DNA of 64,000 nucleotides from a virus (lineage: Duplodnaviria; Caudoviricetes). The translations under genes and the position numbers were made by a program. Positions 46,658 through 56,472 of this stretch are shown in pieces. The notes below the pieces were generated by a model. That model searched no databases. It was not told where the DNA came from and saw only the letters and a program-made list of their open reading frames with translations. Every line of letters begins with the position of its first letter. The first letter of the stretch is position 1. The stretch covers positions 1,919 through 65,918 of IMG/VR virus record IMGVR_UViG_3300042965_000182; one strand, given 5' to 3'.

Positions 46658-47137
46658 ATGTCTCCAATTGACATAAGGTTAACTGATTTTGAAGTGCCAA
46701 ATTTAAACGATTTACCTTCTGATTATCAAGACCTTTTAGATTTGATTAATCTTGGTAAGTATGAATGGGTTGTTCAGTTATACAATTATGAGTTTAAGAT
46801 GGGTTCGCTTTGGGAATGGGAATGGCGTGAAATTTACAGAAAACTTTCAGGTTTAGATTTACTTGCAAAAGACAGATTAATAAAGGTAGAAGTTTTAACA
46901 AAAGCAATAATAGAGGTAAAATCATATTCAACGAATAAAACTTGGGAATTTAAGGAAGAAAGCCAAAAAGTTATTTTAAGACATTTATTACTTTCTATGG
47001 ATAAAAAAGTGATAGATGATTTATATGAAGGATTTAATTATGGTGAAGAAATTGCTTTAAAAAAGTTTAAAGAAAAACTTGAAGATATAAAAAGGAGGGT
47101 AAAAAGCGATTTTTTCGTGGATTTTGGAAGTTATTAA
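46658..47137 (+). CDS. Tail assembly chaperone (short form)
   Basis: Follows the tube gene; slippery T TTT TTC near the 3' end. Confidence 0.7.
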   Translation: MSPIDIRLTDFEVPNLNDLPSDYQDLLDLINLGKYEWVVQLYNYEFKMGSLWEWEWREIYRKLSGLDLLAKDRLIKVEVLTKAIIEVKSYSTNKTWEFKEESQKVILRHLLLSMDKKVIDDLYEGFNYGEEIALKKFKEKLEDIKRRVKSDFFVDFGSY

Positions 47138-47409
47138 ATGCATTAGGTTATAAAATACCAACTTCGGAATTTTTTACAATTTTAAAAAATCCATTTTTAT
47201 TAACATTTATAATTGAAAACATTAAATGTGATTACGAAGAAATGAGACAAAGATTAAAAGAGCAGAAACCAATTCGTTCAGTTGAAGAGATAAAAGATGA
47301 GGTTGTAAAAGAATTAGAAAGAAGACAAAAAACAGGTTTACTAAAATCATATAAACATTTAAGAGAAATAGAAAAAGTTTCAGAAGATTTAGATTATCCT
47401 GAAATATGA
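47110..47409 (+). CDS. -1 frameshift extension of the tail assembly chaperone
   Basis: The -1 frame reads FFRGFWKLLNALGYKIPTSEF...DYPEI to a stop at 47409 and fills the apparent gap exactly. Confidence 0.7.
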   Translation, partial: FFRGFWKLLNALGYKIPTSEFFTILKNPFLLTFIIENIKCDYEEMRQRLKEQKPIRSVEEIKDEVVKELERRQKTGLLKSYKHLREIEKVSEDLDYPEI

Positions 47410-48131
47410 TGGATATTTTACAAGACCAATTTGTTAAAAGAACGCTTGTCCGTTTAGAAAAATGTTTTATAATAGATTTAGATAGGTTTTCTTTGCAATA
47501 TGATGACAAGGTTTTAGATAACATTAGAGCGTTTGCTATTACTCAACTTTCAAGAGTTGCTGGTTTAGTTTCTGGTGTTTCACAATCAACAGAGTATTTA
47601 GTAGAAAGTTCTATTGCTTTAATGAGAAAATTTGGCTTACAGGGTGTTTACATTTTCAGGTTAAATCCAAGACAAATCTCTTATGGTGATAGAAAATTAG
47701 TAAATGTTTACAGGTATGGTTTTGGTTCATTTGATGTTCAATATTTTGGTAATGATTTAATTTCAGCGACAATAGATGGAAGGACAGGTCTTTTAACACC
47801 TCATTATGAACTAATCAAAAAAGGTGTTACTGATATTAGGTTATCACTTGGTTATTTAAAACTTATAGAATTAGAAACATTTTTCAGGGATTCACCTCCA
47901 AAGTTGCTTTTTGGTTTCCTTGAAAGGTTTTATTATGGGTTTATGTTAGAATTTTCATATTCTATGTCAGCAGAAAATCCATACAACATTGATTACAAAA
48001 TAGTTATGAATTTACATCCAAACAGGTATTGGTATGGTGATGTTTTAAGAGGATTTAACGATTTCAATACGGAGATTTTAGATAAGGTTCAATTAATGTC
48101 AGAGCAACCTATTAATTTTTATATGCCTTAA
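47406..48131 (+). CDS. Probable tail-tube initiator / baseplate protein
   Basis: FRLNPRQISY...VQYFGNDL...YYGFMLEFSYSMSAENPY..DY pattern. Confidence 0.6.
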   Translation: MMDILQDQFVKRTLVRLEKCFIIDLDRFSLQYDDKVLDNIRAFAITQLSRVAGLVSGVSQSTEYLVESSIALMRKFGLQGVYIFRLNPRQISYGDRKLVNVYRYGFGSFDVQYFGNDLISATIDGRTGLLTPHYELIKKGVTDIRLSLGYLKLIELETFFRDSPPKLLFGFLERFYYGFMLEFSYSMSAENPYNIDYKIVMNLHPNRYWYGDVLRGFNDFNTEILDKVQLMSEQPINFYMP

Positions 48132-48135
48132 TAAT

Positions 48136-49956
48136 ATGCCAACGAGAAGAAGAATAGAAGGGGAAGGTGAGACTTTGCGTTCAGAGATAGTTGAAGAATT
48201 ACAGGAGCGTTTAAAGGATATAACTGCGTTTTTTGAAGAATTAGGTGGGAAAGTTGAAGAGCAATCTGATATTTATAGAGAAGCAGAAAGAGATATGAGA
48301 AGGTTTTATACAAGGTTAGGAGAAGTTCGTGAAGTTTTAGAAAAGAAAAAGGTAGCAGTAGAAGAACTAACTTTAAAATTAGAAAAAGCAAGAGCTATTT
48401 ACGAGAGATTAGAAGATGTATTAGAAGAAAGATTTCCAAGGGAACTTGAAGAACTTCGTAAAAAATTACAGGAAATGTCAGAAATTATTGAAAGAAGTTC
48501 AAGAAGTTTTGGTAGAATGTTGGCAGAAGGTATACCACTTGAAGATTTAGGTAGGTTTGGTAGAACTATTAGTGTAGTAGGCAGTGCTTTAAGAAGGTGG
48601 TTTGGTATTACTATACCGACAACTGTTTCTGAAATGTTAAGGGATTTAGTAAGGGGAATAGAAGATTTCAATACAAGGTTATTACGATTAAGGGAGACTA
48701 TACCACTTGCTTTTATAGAGGCTGGTGAAATAACAAGGACAGGTATGTTTGCTATTCAGCAGGAAATAGAAGGGTTTGCAAGGGCTATGAGGATGGAAAG
48801 AAGAGAATTTTTAGAAGTTTTCAGGGAATTAAGGGCTACTGGTCTTTTATATGCTATGAATGAATATCAAAGGATAATGACTTTACAAGACCTTTATTCA
48901 CAAGGTGAAATAAGTGCAAGACAATTTATTAGTGGTATTTCAGATGCAATAAGGGAATTAAGAGGGTTAGCAATTGCTCTTGGTATGACTGATAATCAAA
49001 TTTTAAGGTTTACGGAGACTTGGTCAAGATTACTTATGACAAGAGATGTAGATGAAGTTCAATCCGCTTTGGTTGCTTTACAAAGAAGAGCAGTAGAGGG
49101 TGGTATAGGTATGGAACAACTTACAAGGTTTATGGAGCAACTTACTGATAGAACAAGATGGTATGGTATTAATCTATTTGAACTTTTAGGTATAACAAGG
49201 GATTTAACAGAACTTATAAGGACAGGTGCTATTACTACACAAGATTTCATAAATGCTTTAATTAGTGCTCGTCAGCAACTTTCACCTGACAGAGCAGGAA
49301 CAATCTTTTACTTTTTAGCGAATTTTTCTGATGACCCTGCTGTTAGAAGGATGTTAGAAGGTTTTGAAAGGTCAGGTTTACAACCTGTTTTAGCAGTTAT
49401 GTATTTAATGAGGGAGCCTTGGGAAAGGTTTAGAGAAACTTGGGATGTATTAACTAATGAAGAAAGAAGAAGGATAACTTCGCTTTTAGAAAGGTTAGGG
49501 TTTGTTGAAAATGGGATGATACAATGGAACAGGTTAATAGAGACAGCAAACAGGTTTCAGGCAGAGTTTGTTTCAGCAGTTCAAAGGTATACAAATTTAA
49601 TACCTGACCCGAGCGTAAGATTTTATATGGAGCAAGAACTTTTAAGGCAAGTTGGTATAAATGTTGGTTCACTTCAAGAGTTAGCGGTTACAACTTCATT
49701 AGCAACAAGGATGCATCAAATGACAACAGAAGGTATAAAAGAAGAAATGAGAGCAAGGGTAGAAAGAGACGAGGTTCTCGGCAGAGGTTTAAGAGAACTT
49801 GAAAAATATACAACTTTACTAACAGATGCTTTTTCAGAATTAAGGAAGACAGTTGGTGATTTGGCTGATTTTATTAACAGGGAAATTTTAAGGGAACCAC
49901 AAAGGGTTGTTCCTACTGTTCCATCACCTATTTTTGCCCCTGAATTACCGAAATGA
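48136..49956 (+). CDS. Tape measure protein
   Basis: Long helical Arg/Glu-rich protein located after the chaperones. Confidence 0.7.
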   Translation: MPTRRRIEGEGETLRSEIVEELQERLKDITAFFEELGGKVEEQSDIYREAERDMRRFYTRLGEVREVLEKKKVAVEELTLKLEKARAIYERLEDVLEERFPRELEELRKKLQEMSEIIERSSRSFGRMLAEGIPLEDLGRFGRTISVVGSALRRWFGITIPTTVSEMLRDLVRGIEDFNTRLLRLRETIPLAFIEAGEITRTGMFAIQQEIEGFARAMRMERREFLEVFRELRATGLLYAMNEYQRIMTLQDLYSQGEISARQFISGISDAIRELRGLAIALGMTDNQILRFTETWSRLLMTRDVDEVQSALVALQRRAVEGGIGMEQLTRFMEQLTDRTRWYGINLFELLGITRDLTELIRTGAITTQDFINALISARQQLSPDRAGTIFYFLANFSDDPAVRRMLEGFERSGLQPVLAVMYLMREPWERFRETWDVLTNEERRRITSLLERLGFVENGMIQWNRLIETANRFQAEFVSAVQRYTNLIPDPSVRFYMEQELLRQVGINVGSLQELAVTTSLATRMHQMTTEGIKEEMRARVERDEVLGRGLRELEKYTTLLTDAFSELRKTVGDLADFINREILREPQRVVPTVPSPIFAPELPK

Positions 49957-52900
49957 GATTATACACTGATGTAAACATTGATGTTCGTTTAGTAATCTTT
50001 AATGGTGAAAAACTGATTTTTTGTTCAAGAGATGCAAAAAGTTTCAGGGATGAATGGAAAAATAAAGGTGTAAGGCAGGTTATTTCAGTGATAACAGGTG
50101 AAGTTTGGGATTTAGATGACCCTCAAAAGGTGTTGCTTTTAAATTTACCGCCTGTTTCTGTAACAATTACACAAGGAATGAATACTTTTTCAACTGCTTC
50201 TGTTACTTTTGCTAATATTGGTGGCAGATTTTGGAAAAGGAAAGTTGGTGAGAAAGTTGACTGGTCAACTTGGAAAAACAGGTCAATTTTTAGTGATTTT
50301 GAAGGTGATTATGAAGAAGCAAGAGAAATTTTATTAAAAGAATTAAGAAAATGTGAAGGAAGTGATTATTACAAAAATTTATTACATTATTTCAAAAACC
50401 CTATCACAGAAACTATTGACAACTTTACAAGACCATTTTTAGTTGTTGATTTTGGCAATCTAATTTTCATAGATGCAAAAGACAGAGATGGTAAATGGAG
50501 AGCACTTTTTACAGGTTATATTGAAACTGTTTCAGAAACTTATGAATCAGCAAAAGATAGAAGGTTAACTTTAAGTTGTAGTGGTTTAGCAAGGTATTTT
50601 GACAGGGTTCCTGCTTTCCCTGAACTTGGTTCAGGCTTATTTTTCAGTTTAATTTTACCTGACAACTTAACAGAAGAAGAAAAATCTTTTTATCAGGGCT
50701 ATTTTGCTTCATATAGAGAGTATAGTGATGTTTTTAAAGATAAGTTTACGCAATATGAAAATTTAAAAGATTTAATGAAGTTTATCCTTGAAATTTTCAG
50801 GTTCAGGTTAGGTCAGTTAAAAGAAGATGAAGCAGAAGAAGTTATAAGCAAGTTAAAGGTTGCTGGTATGGTTTCGCTTTCAGAACCTCAAAAAAGAGAG
50901 TTAGAAGACAGGATACAAAAGATTTTAGAAGGATTTAAACAAGCTTGGAAAGATAAAGGTGTTCATAAATTTCCGTTTTACAACGATGTTTTTATTTATA
51001 CAGGTTTCAATAATTTAAGGAATAAGTTCTATTTACCATATGGTTTGAAAATTGGTGGTGAAATAAAACTTTTAAACAAGTTAGCAATTGCTGATGTTTA
51101 CATACCAGCAGAGTTTGACTTATTTTTTGAAAAAGGTAGTGGTGAAGGTCTTGGTTATTATTCTACCATTTTTGGTGAAAAACTTACAAATCAATTAAAA
51201 GACAAAGATGTAGCAGTTCTTAATTTTTTAAAGAAGTTAATAGGGCTTTCAATTTTACAATCACCTTTTCATCCAACAGAGAAAAAACTAATTGAAGTAA
51301 TTAGGGCTTTTTTAAAAGCATTTAATTTGTTCTTCTTTGAAGATGGATTTGGCAACATTGTAATGGATTTTATAAGGTATAATGAAATACCAACTTCACC
51401 TTACGCTTTTTATGAGGAGTTAAGGGAAAATGGCGATAAATATATTTTCAGGGAGGAAAAAGATATACTCAGTAGTTCGTTTACAAAAGATGGTAGCAAA
51501 TTAATGACTGCTTTTTATTTTCATTCAATGTTAAACATACCAGGTGTTCCTCAGCTTTCTCAATTTATAACTGAATTAATGAATTCAGGACACGCTTTTG
51601 CTTCACCTGAATTTGTTTTAAGGTTTGGTTATAATGTAGAAACAATACAGGATGTTTTTCTTTCTTGGAAAATAAACCTTTTTCAGTATAAGGAATTAGT
51701 TAAAACTTTAAATGAATATGCTATGGCACTTTTAGAACAAAGGAATGCTTTAAGGTGTTTCAGAATGAGGATAACAACAAGACATAGACCTGATTTACAG
51801 GTTGGAAGGGTTATCTATTTACCTTCGCAGGAAAAACTTTGGTTTATAGAAAAAGTTTCACATACAATCACTTTGGGTTCAGATTTTACAACTACTTTGG
51901 AACTTTCTGCTGGACACGACATTAATTATAAGTTAAGAGAACCAAGAGTTGTTTTAATAAAAAAGTTGAGTGATTTTCACAATGAACTTTATTATCCTGA
52001 TGGACAAACAGAAACAAGTTTTTCACCTGAATGTGGACTTGTTTTAGTAAACGGAACAGATTTCCCTGCTGAAATAAAAGAAAGTGTTTTATACGCACCA
52101 GCAAAATTTGTTGAAGATAAAACTTTATATAAGGTTTCTACTCAGTTTAATCCATTTTTACACGATTTTTATAAGGAAAGGAGTTCGCAATGGATAGTAA
52201 TAGATATAAGGCTTTTATATTTTTTGGATTGGTTTCATACAGCGTTTACAAACTTTTTCAACAAAGACCCTGTTTACGATTATTACAACAGAGAAAAACT
52301 ATTGAATGAACCTGACATTGTTGTTTTACCTTACATTTCGTCAATTTGGAGAAATCCTGTTTCTGGTAAAGAATCAAGACATTATAAAGGTAGAGCAATT
52401 GATATAAGTGGTATTGTATTTGTTATTTTTAGTAAAGAAGGTTTTAAAAAGTTGTTTGAAGGTTTGAAAAATTTAGTAAAACTTGGTTCTTTACCTTGTA
52501 AAAAGTATGAAGTTGTAAGAGAAGACAAAAATTTTGTTTATGCTTCTTCTGTTGAAAGCAATTTAGAGGAAGTATTAAAGTATGTCAATGATTTCACTAT
52601 GAATGACATTTATAATTTTATTAAGGCAAAAGAAGGGTATTTCCTTGTTGCTTCAAAAGAAGAAAAAGAAACTTTCAAAAAACAGTTAAAACTTTTATCA
52701 TTAAAGGATTTATTCCACAAGTATTTTGACAAGATGAATTTCAGGAAGGATGTCAGAATGGATGAGTTATGGATTATGTCAGAATGGGAAAGGAAGTTAT
52801 ACACTCCGCTTTTAGTTTCAACTATTCCAGATGTAAAAGAAATCATAAAACAAAATGAATATATAAAAGCAAAGGAAGGAATACCTAACAAGGATTTACC

Positions 52901-53402
52901 GAAGTATGTTAAGGCGTTTGATGAAGGTGTTTACATTTTAAAATTTTCATTTGATGCTTCTGAAGGAGTTTCTATTGAAAGACTTGCTCTTGCTAATGCT
53001 TTTACTTCTATCTTTTTAGTTCCTGAGCTTATTTCACCCGAGTATAATATAAGCAGAAAAATTGGAAGGTTTGTGGATGCTTCTGGTGGTATTTTAGAGT
53101 TATTGGCAGAATGTGTTAGGAAAAAAGTAATAGGTGACGAATTTTATCAAATGTTTGAAAACTATTATAAAGCTGAAGTGAGGACAACGCAAATTGCTGG
53201 TAAAGAAGAAGATATTAAGAAAAACTATTTAATATGGATTGCTGGCAATGGTAAAAATTATGAACAAATTTTAGATGATTTTGATGACATTAAAGAAGAG
53301 ATTTCAAATTCTGGTGATGTTTATCACTTATACCATGTCCATATTTCAGTTGGTAAACCTGATTGTAAAGAAATACAATTTATTTTGAAAGGTTTAAAAT
53401 GA
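49953..53402 (+). CDS. Baseplate hub (gp27/gpD-like) with C-terminal M15-like peptidase
   Basis: LFTGYIETV, FFEDGFGNIV and RPDLQVG...FIEKVSHTI hub motifs; SRHYKGRAIDI and YHVHIS. Confidence 0.7.
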   Translation: MRLYTDVNIDVRLVIFNGEKLIFCSRDAKSFRDEWKNKGVRQVISVITGEVWDLDDPQKVLLLNLPPVSVTITQGMNTFSTASVTFANIGGRFWKRKVGEKVDWSTWKNRSIFSDFEGDYEEAREILLKELRKCEGSDYYKNLLHYFKNPITETIDNFTRPFLVVDFGNLIFIDAKDRDGKWRALFTGYIETVSETYESAKDRRLTLSCSGLARYFDRVPAFPELGSGLFFSLILPDNLTEEEKSFYQGYFASYREYSDVFKDKFTQYENLKDLMKFILEIFRFRLGQLKEDEAEEVISKLKVAGMVSLSEPQKRELEDRIQKILEGFKQAWKDKGVHKFPFYNDVFIYTGFNNLRNKFYLPYGLKIGGEIKLLNKLAIADVYIPAEFDLFFEKGSGEGLGYYSTIFGEKLTNQLKDKDVAVLNFLKKLIGLSILQSPFHPTEKKLIEVIRAFLKAFNLFFFEDGFGNIVMDFIRYNEIPTSPYAFYEELRENGDKYIFREEKDILSSSFTKDGSKLMTAFYFHSMLNIPGVPQLSQFITELMNSGHAFASPEFVLRFGYNVETIQDVFLSWKINLFQYKELVKTLNEYAMALLEQRNALRCFRMRITTRHRPDLQVGRVIYLPSQEKLWFIEKVSHTITLGSDFTTTLELSAGHDINYKLREPRVVLIKKLSDFHNELYYPDGQTETSFSPECGLVLVNGTDFPAEIKESVLYAPAKFVEDKTLYKVSTQFNPFLHDFYKERSSQWIVIDIRLLYFLDWFHTAFTNFFNKDPVYDYYNREKLLNEPDIVVLPYISSIWRNPVSGKESRHYKGRAIDISGIVFVIFSKEGFKKLFEGLKNLVKLGSLPCKKYEVVREDKNFVYASSVESNLEEVLKYVNDFTMNDIYNFIKAKEGYFLVASKEEKETFKKQLKLLSLKDLFHKYFDKMNFRKDVRMDELWIMSEWERKLYTPLLVSTIPDVKEIIKQNEYIKAKEGIPNKDLPKYVKAFDEGVYILKFSFDASEGVSIERLALANAFTSIFLVPELISPEYNISRKIGRFVDASGGILELLAECVRKKVIGDEFYQMFENYYKAEVRTTQIAGKEEDIKKNYLIWIAGNGKNYEQILDDFDDIKEEISNSGDVYHLYHVHISVGKPDCKEIQFILKGLK

Positions 53403-54466
53403 TTTTTGAAGATTATACTTATACAAGGCAACAACTTGATTTAGGTGTCATAATTACACAAGAAGAGATATCACTTTATCAAAGTAAAAATTTTGTTTTA
53501 AAGGAAACAGAAATGGGGCAACTACCAATTTTCAACCATTCACTTGATATTCCCCGTTATAATGTAAAAAGTTTATTTACAAATACAATTTATAGGGATT
53601 GTATTGCTTGTTCAGATGTGGGTGTTTCTGGTTATAAGCCTGGCGATGTAGTTGTTATTTTATCAATAAGGGATATAATGTTTTTCATTTTAACAAAGGT
53701 TAACTGGTTAGCACAGAGAAAATTTGAACAAGGACAAATAGAGCCTTATTTACCAGGCAGAAAAGTGTTTACAAATGAGGTCAGTTCAATTTCTTTGGAA
53801 CAAACAGGTGAAATAATATTCAGGTTTAATGTTGGATATTATGACAATTTTATTAAGTTTGGTAGTTATTCAATTGATAAAATAGGCAGGTCTTTACTTA
53901 TAATTGGTAATGATGCTTTTGGCGAACTATTACAAATGGGATTTGATGGTTCAGTTCATTTTAAAACTTTAAAGGATTTAGAAATCATTTCAAAAACTAC
54001 TTATTTAGATACAGAAGATTTAACTGTAAGGGTAGTGTCAGAAGATAAAGGTATTCTTTACGATGTAAACAATTATGTAGTTTTCCGAGTAAAGGATGAT
54101 AAAAGTTTAGAGGAAACTTTTTTTAGGTTAAATCCTTCTTTTGTTGAACTTTATCTTGGTAAGGAAAAACAATGTCGGTTATACTATGAAGCAAAAAATG
54201 GCAAGAATGGTTTAATTGAATTAAATTTTAATGATAAATTTTATGTGATAATAGATGGTGAGAGTGAATTAATGAAGGTTTACAGTGATGAAAACAATTT
54301 AACACCTGCTGTAAGGTATAAAGAGTTAAAGCAAGAATTAGAGAGTTTAAGAAATTGGTTAATGACGCATACTCATACTGGTAATTTAGGTAGTCCGACT
54401 TCACCACCACAGCAGAATTTACCTGTTATGAAAGACTTTAAAGCACAAAAAGTTCAAATAGAATAA
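53399..54466 (+). CDS. Baseplate central spike (gpV/gp138-like)
   Basis: YKPGDVV OB-like region; C-terminal HTHTGNLGSPTSPP. Confidence 0.75.
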   Translation: MIFEDYTYTRQQLDLGVIITQEEISLYQSKNFVLKETEMGQLPIFNHSLDIPRYNVKSLFTNTIYRDCIACSDVGVSGYKPGDVVVILSIRDIMFFILTKVNWLAQRKFEQGQIEPYLPGRKVFTNEVSSISLEQTGEIIFRFNVGYYDNFIKFGSYSIDKIGRSLLIIGNDAFGELLQMGFDGSVHFKTLKDLEIISKTTYLDTEDLTVRVVSEDKGILYDVNNYVVFRVKDDKSLEETFFRLNPSFVELYLGKEKQCRLYYEAKNGKNGLIELNFNDKFYVIIDGESELMKVYSDENNLTPAVRYKELKQELESLRNWLMTHTHTGNLGSPTSPPQQNLPVMKDFKAQKVQIE

Positions 54467-54478
54467 AAGGAGGCGAAT

Positions 54479-54895
54479 ATGAATTGGGAAGAAGTTTTAA
54501 ATATTTTAAGACAAAATCTTATTGAATGGTTAGTAAAAGTTAAAAAAGATGATTATAAGCCAGAGTTTGTTTTAGATAACATAGGGGAAATTAGTAATTT
54601 AGGTGGTGTTGGTGCTTTTTGTTTAGCAATAATTGATACAATAAAGGAATTGGAAGATAATGAATTTTTTGGCGACAGAATAGAAACTTTTCTTGATTTA
54701 AGTGATACACCTAATAGTTATTTAAAACAAAAGGGAAAATATTTGAAGGTTAACCAAAAAGAAGATGGTTTAGAGTTTTCAGAAATAAAATGGGGTGAAA
54801 TTAGTGGTAGTTTAAACAATCAAACTGATTTAAAGCAAAAATTAGATGAATTAGAAACAAAAGCGATAGTTTATTCAATTGTTTTTGGTGGATAA
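54479..54895 (+). CDS. Tail-associated structural protein
   Basis: FLDLSDTPNSY...KYLKVN...GLEF and WGEISGSLNNQTDL motifs, seen in fibre proteins. Confidence 0.55.
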   Translation: MNWEEVLNILRQNLIEWLVKVKKDDYKPEFVLDNIGEISNLGGVGAFCLAIIDTIKELEDNEFFGDRIETFLDLSDTPNSYLKQKGKYLKVNQKEDGLEFSEIKWGEISGSLNNQTDLKQKLDELETKAIVYSIVFGG

Positions 54896-54897
54896 AA

Positions 54898-55455
54898 ATG
54901 AAGAAATTAATAAAAAATTACACCTTTTTACCAAATGAAAGAAAAATTATTTTCAATGATTATACGAGCATAGATTTGGAGAGGGTTTTAGTAATTACAA
55001 ATGTAACAAGGAATATAATTATTTACAATTTTGCTGACCCGACGAAAGGAGGAAATGTTTCTGGTAATACTTTGATTTTAAATTATGATACAACTGGTAT
55101 GGATGCTAATGATAAATTACAGATTTGGTATGAAGATATTGAATTACCCTCATTAGAGAAAACACAAAAAAGACAATTAGGTTTATCAGGAATAGGTGTT
55201 GATATGCAATTTACAATAGAACAGGCTAACACTGCTTATGCTATTCCACCTGAGCCACCTAATGATTATTATACACTTTTAGTATATAATTCTTCTGATG
55301 TTGATATTTTTATAAGGTTTACAGAAGGAACAACTAATGGAGTTGGATTAGCAGCAGGTTCAGTATTTACAATAGATTTAGGTCCAAATCAGCAAATATA
55401 TATTTATTGTAGAGTAAGCGGAACAACAATTAATTTATCTTATAAAGTTATTTAA
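54898..55455 (+). CDS. Tail/virion structural protein
   Basis: YTF.P...LERVLVITNVT.NIIIYNFADP motif. Confidence 0.55.
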   Translation: MKKLIKNYTFLPNERKIIFNDYTSIDLERVLVITNVTRNIIIYNFADPTKGGNVSGNTLILNYDTTGMDANDKLQIWYEDIELPSLEKTQKRQLGLSGIGVDMQFTIEQANTAYAIPPEPPNDYYTLLVYNSSDVDIFIRFTEGTTNGVGLAAGSVFTIDLGPNQQIYIYCRVSGTTINLSYKVI

Positions 55456-55478
55456 AAAAAATTTAAAGGAGGTGAATT

Positions 55479-55865
55479 ATGGCATCAATATCAGATTATT
55501 ATGAGAATAAAATTATAGACCATATGTTAAGGGGTCAGTCGTTTACTCCTCCTTCTACGATTTATTTAGCACTTTATACTGAACCTCCTTCTGATTCTGG
55601 TGGAGGAACAGAAGTATCAGGTGGCGGTTATCAAAGACAACCGATTAGTTTAGCGCCTGCTTCAAATGGTGCAACTTATAATGTTGAGGATATTGTTTTT
55701 CCAACCGCAACATCAGATTGGGGAACAATAGTAGCAGTTGGAATATTTGATGCTCAAACTGGTGGCAATCTTTTGATGTGGGCTATGTTGACTACTCCAA
55801 AAACAGTTAATGCTGGTGATACATTTATAATAAAAGCAGGTGATTTAGATATAAGTTTTGATTAA
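55479..55865 (+). CDS. Virion structural protein (fibre-associated)
   Basis: SDYYENKIIDH...YLALYT...GTEVSGGGYQRQ...FPTATSDWGTI...DAQTGGNLL. Confidence 0.7.
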   Translation: MASISDYYENKIIDHMLRGQSFTPPSTIYLALYTEPPSDSGGGTEVSGGGYQRQPISLAPASNGATYNVEDIVFPTATSDWGTIVAVGIFDAQTGGNLLMWAMLTTPKTVNAGDTFIIKAGDLDISFD

Positions 55866-55876
55866 GGAGGTAAATT

Positions 55877-56470
55877 ATGCCATCAGAAGATTATATACAG
55901 CTTCCAGCTGATTCAACAGGAAAGAAAGTAAGGGCGATTTATAATGATATAACACAAAGTTATGAAGAAGTTCAGTTATCAAAGGAAATTGAAACAGTAA
56001 ATCCTGTTTATGCTGTTGCTGTTTCTGCAAGTGCTGTTGCCGCCAGCAAGCATCATTTGAGTATTTGGAATGGTTCAACTTCAAGTTATATTAGAATTTT
56101 GAAAGTTATAGTTTCAATGCATTCTACAGCTGCAGTTAGTGGTTATATCATGCAATATATTATGCAAAGGGCGAGTGCTGTTAGTGGTGGAACTGCTTTA
56201 ACAATAGTGAAATTTGATAACAGAAACCCAGACTTGCCAAGTGGAATTTCAGCCTCAACTGGTGCAACAGTAACATTAAAAGAGGCTCCAATAGCCATCT
56301 TTGCCATAAATCCAGAAGAGACTGGTTCACAATGTTATGTTCAGTTTGACCCGCCTACAGCAATTGTTATAGCACCAAGTGAAGGCATAACTATTCAGCA
56401 ATACGCTACTGCTGGTGTTGGTTTATTTAATGCAGTAATTTATTTTAGTGTAGAAACAATTAGACCTTAA
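55877..56470 (+). CDS. Virion structural protein
   Basis: IQLPADSTGKKVR start; Ala/Ser-rich. Confidence 0.55.
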   Translation: MPSEDYIQLPADSTGKKVRAIYNDITQSYEEVQLSKEIETVNPVYAVAVSASAVAASKHHLSIWNGSTSSYIRILKVIVSMHSTAAVSGYIMQYIMQRASAVSGGTALTIVKFDNRNPDLPSGISASTGATVTLKEAPIAIFAINPEETGSQCYVQFDPPTAIVIAPSEGITIQQYATAGVGLFNAVIYFSVETIRP

Positions 56471-56472
56471 CA

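Noticed and set aside
52410-53330. Intein within the hub peptidase
   Set aside because: No recognisable splice-junction (C/S...HN-C/S/T) or LAGLIDADG motifs.
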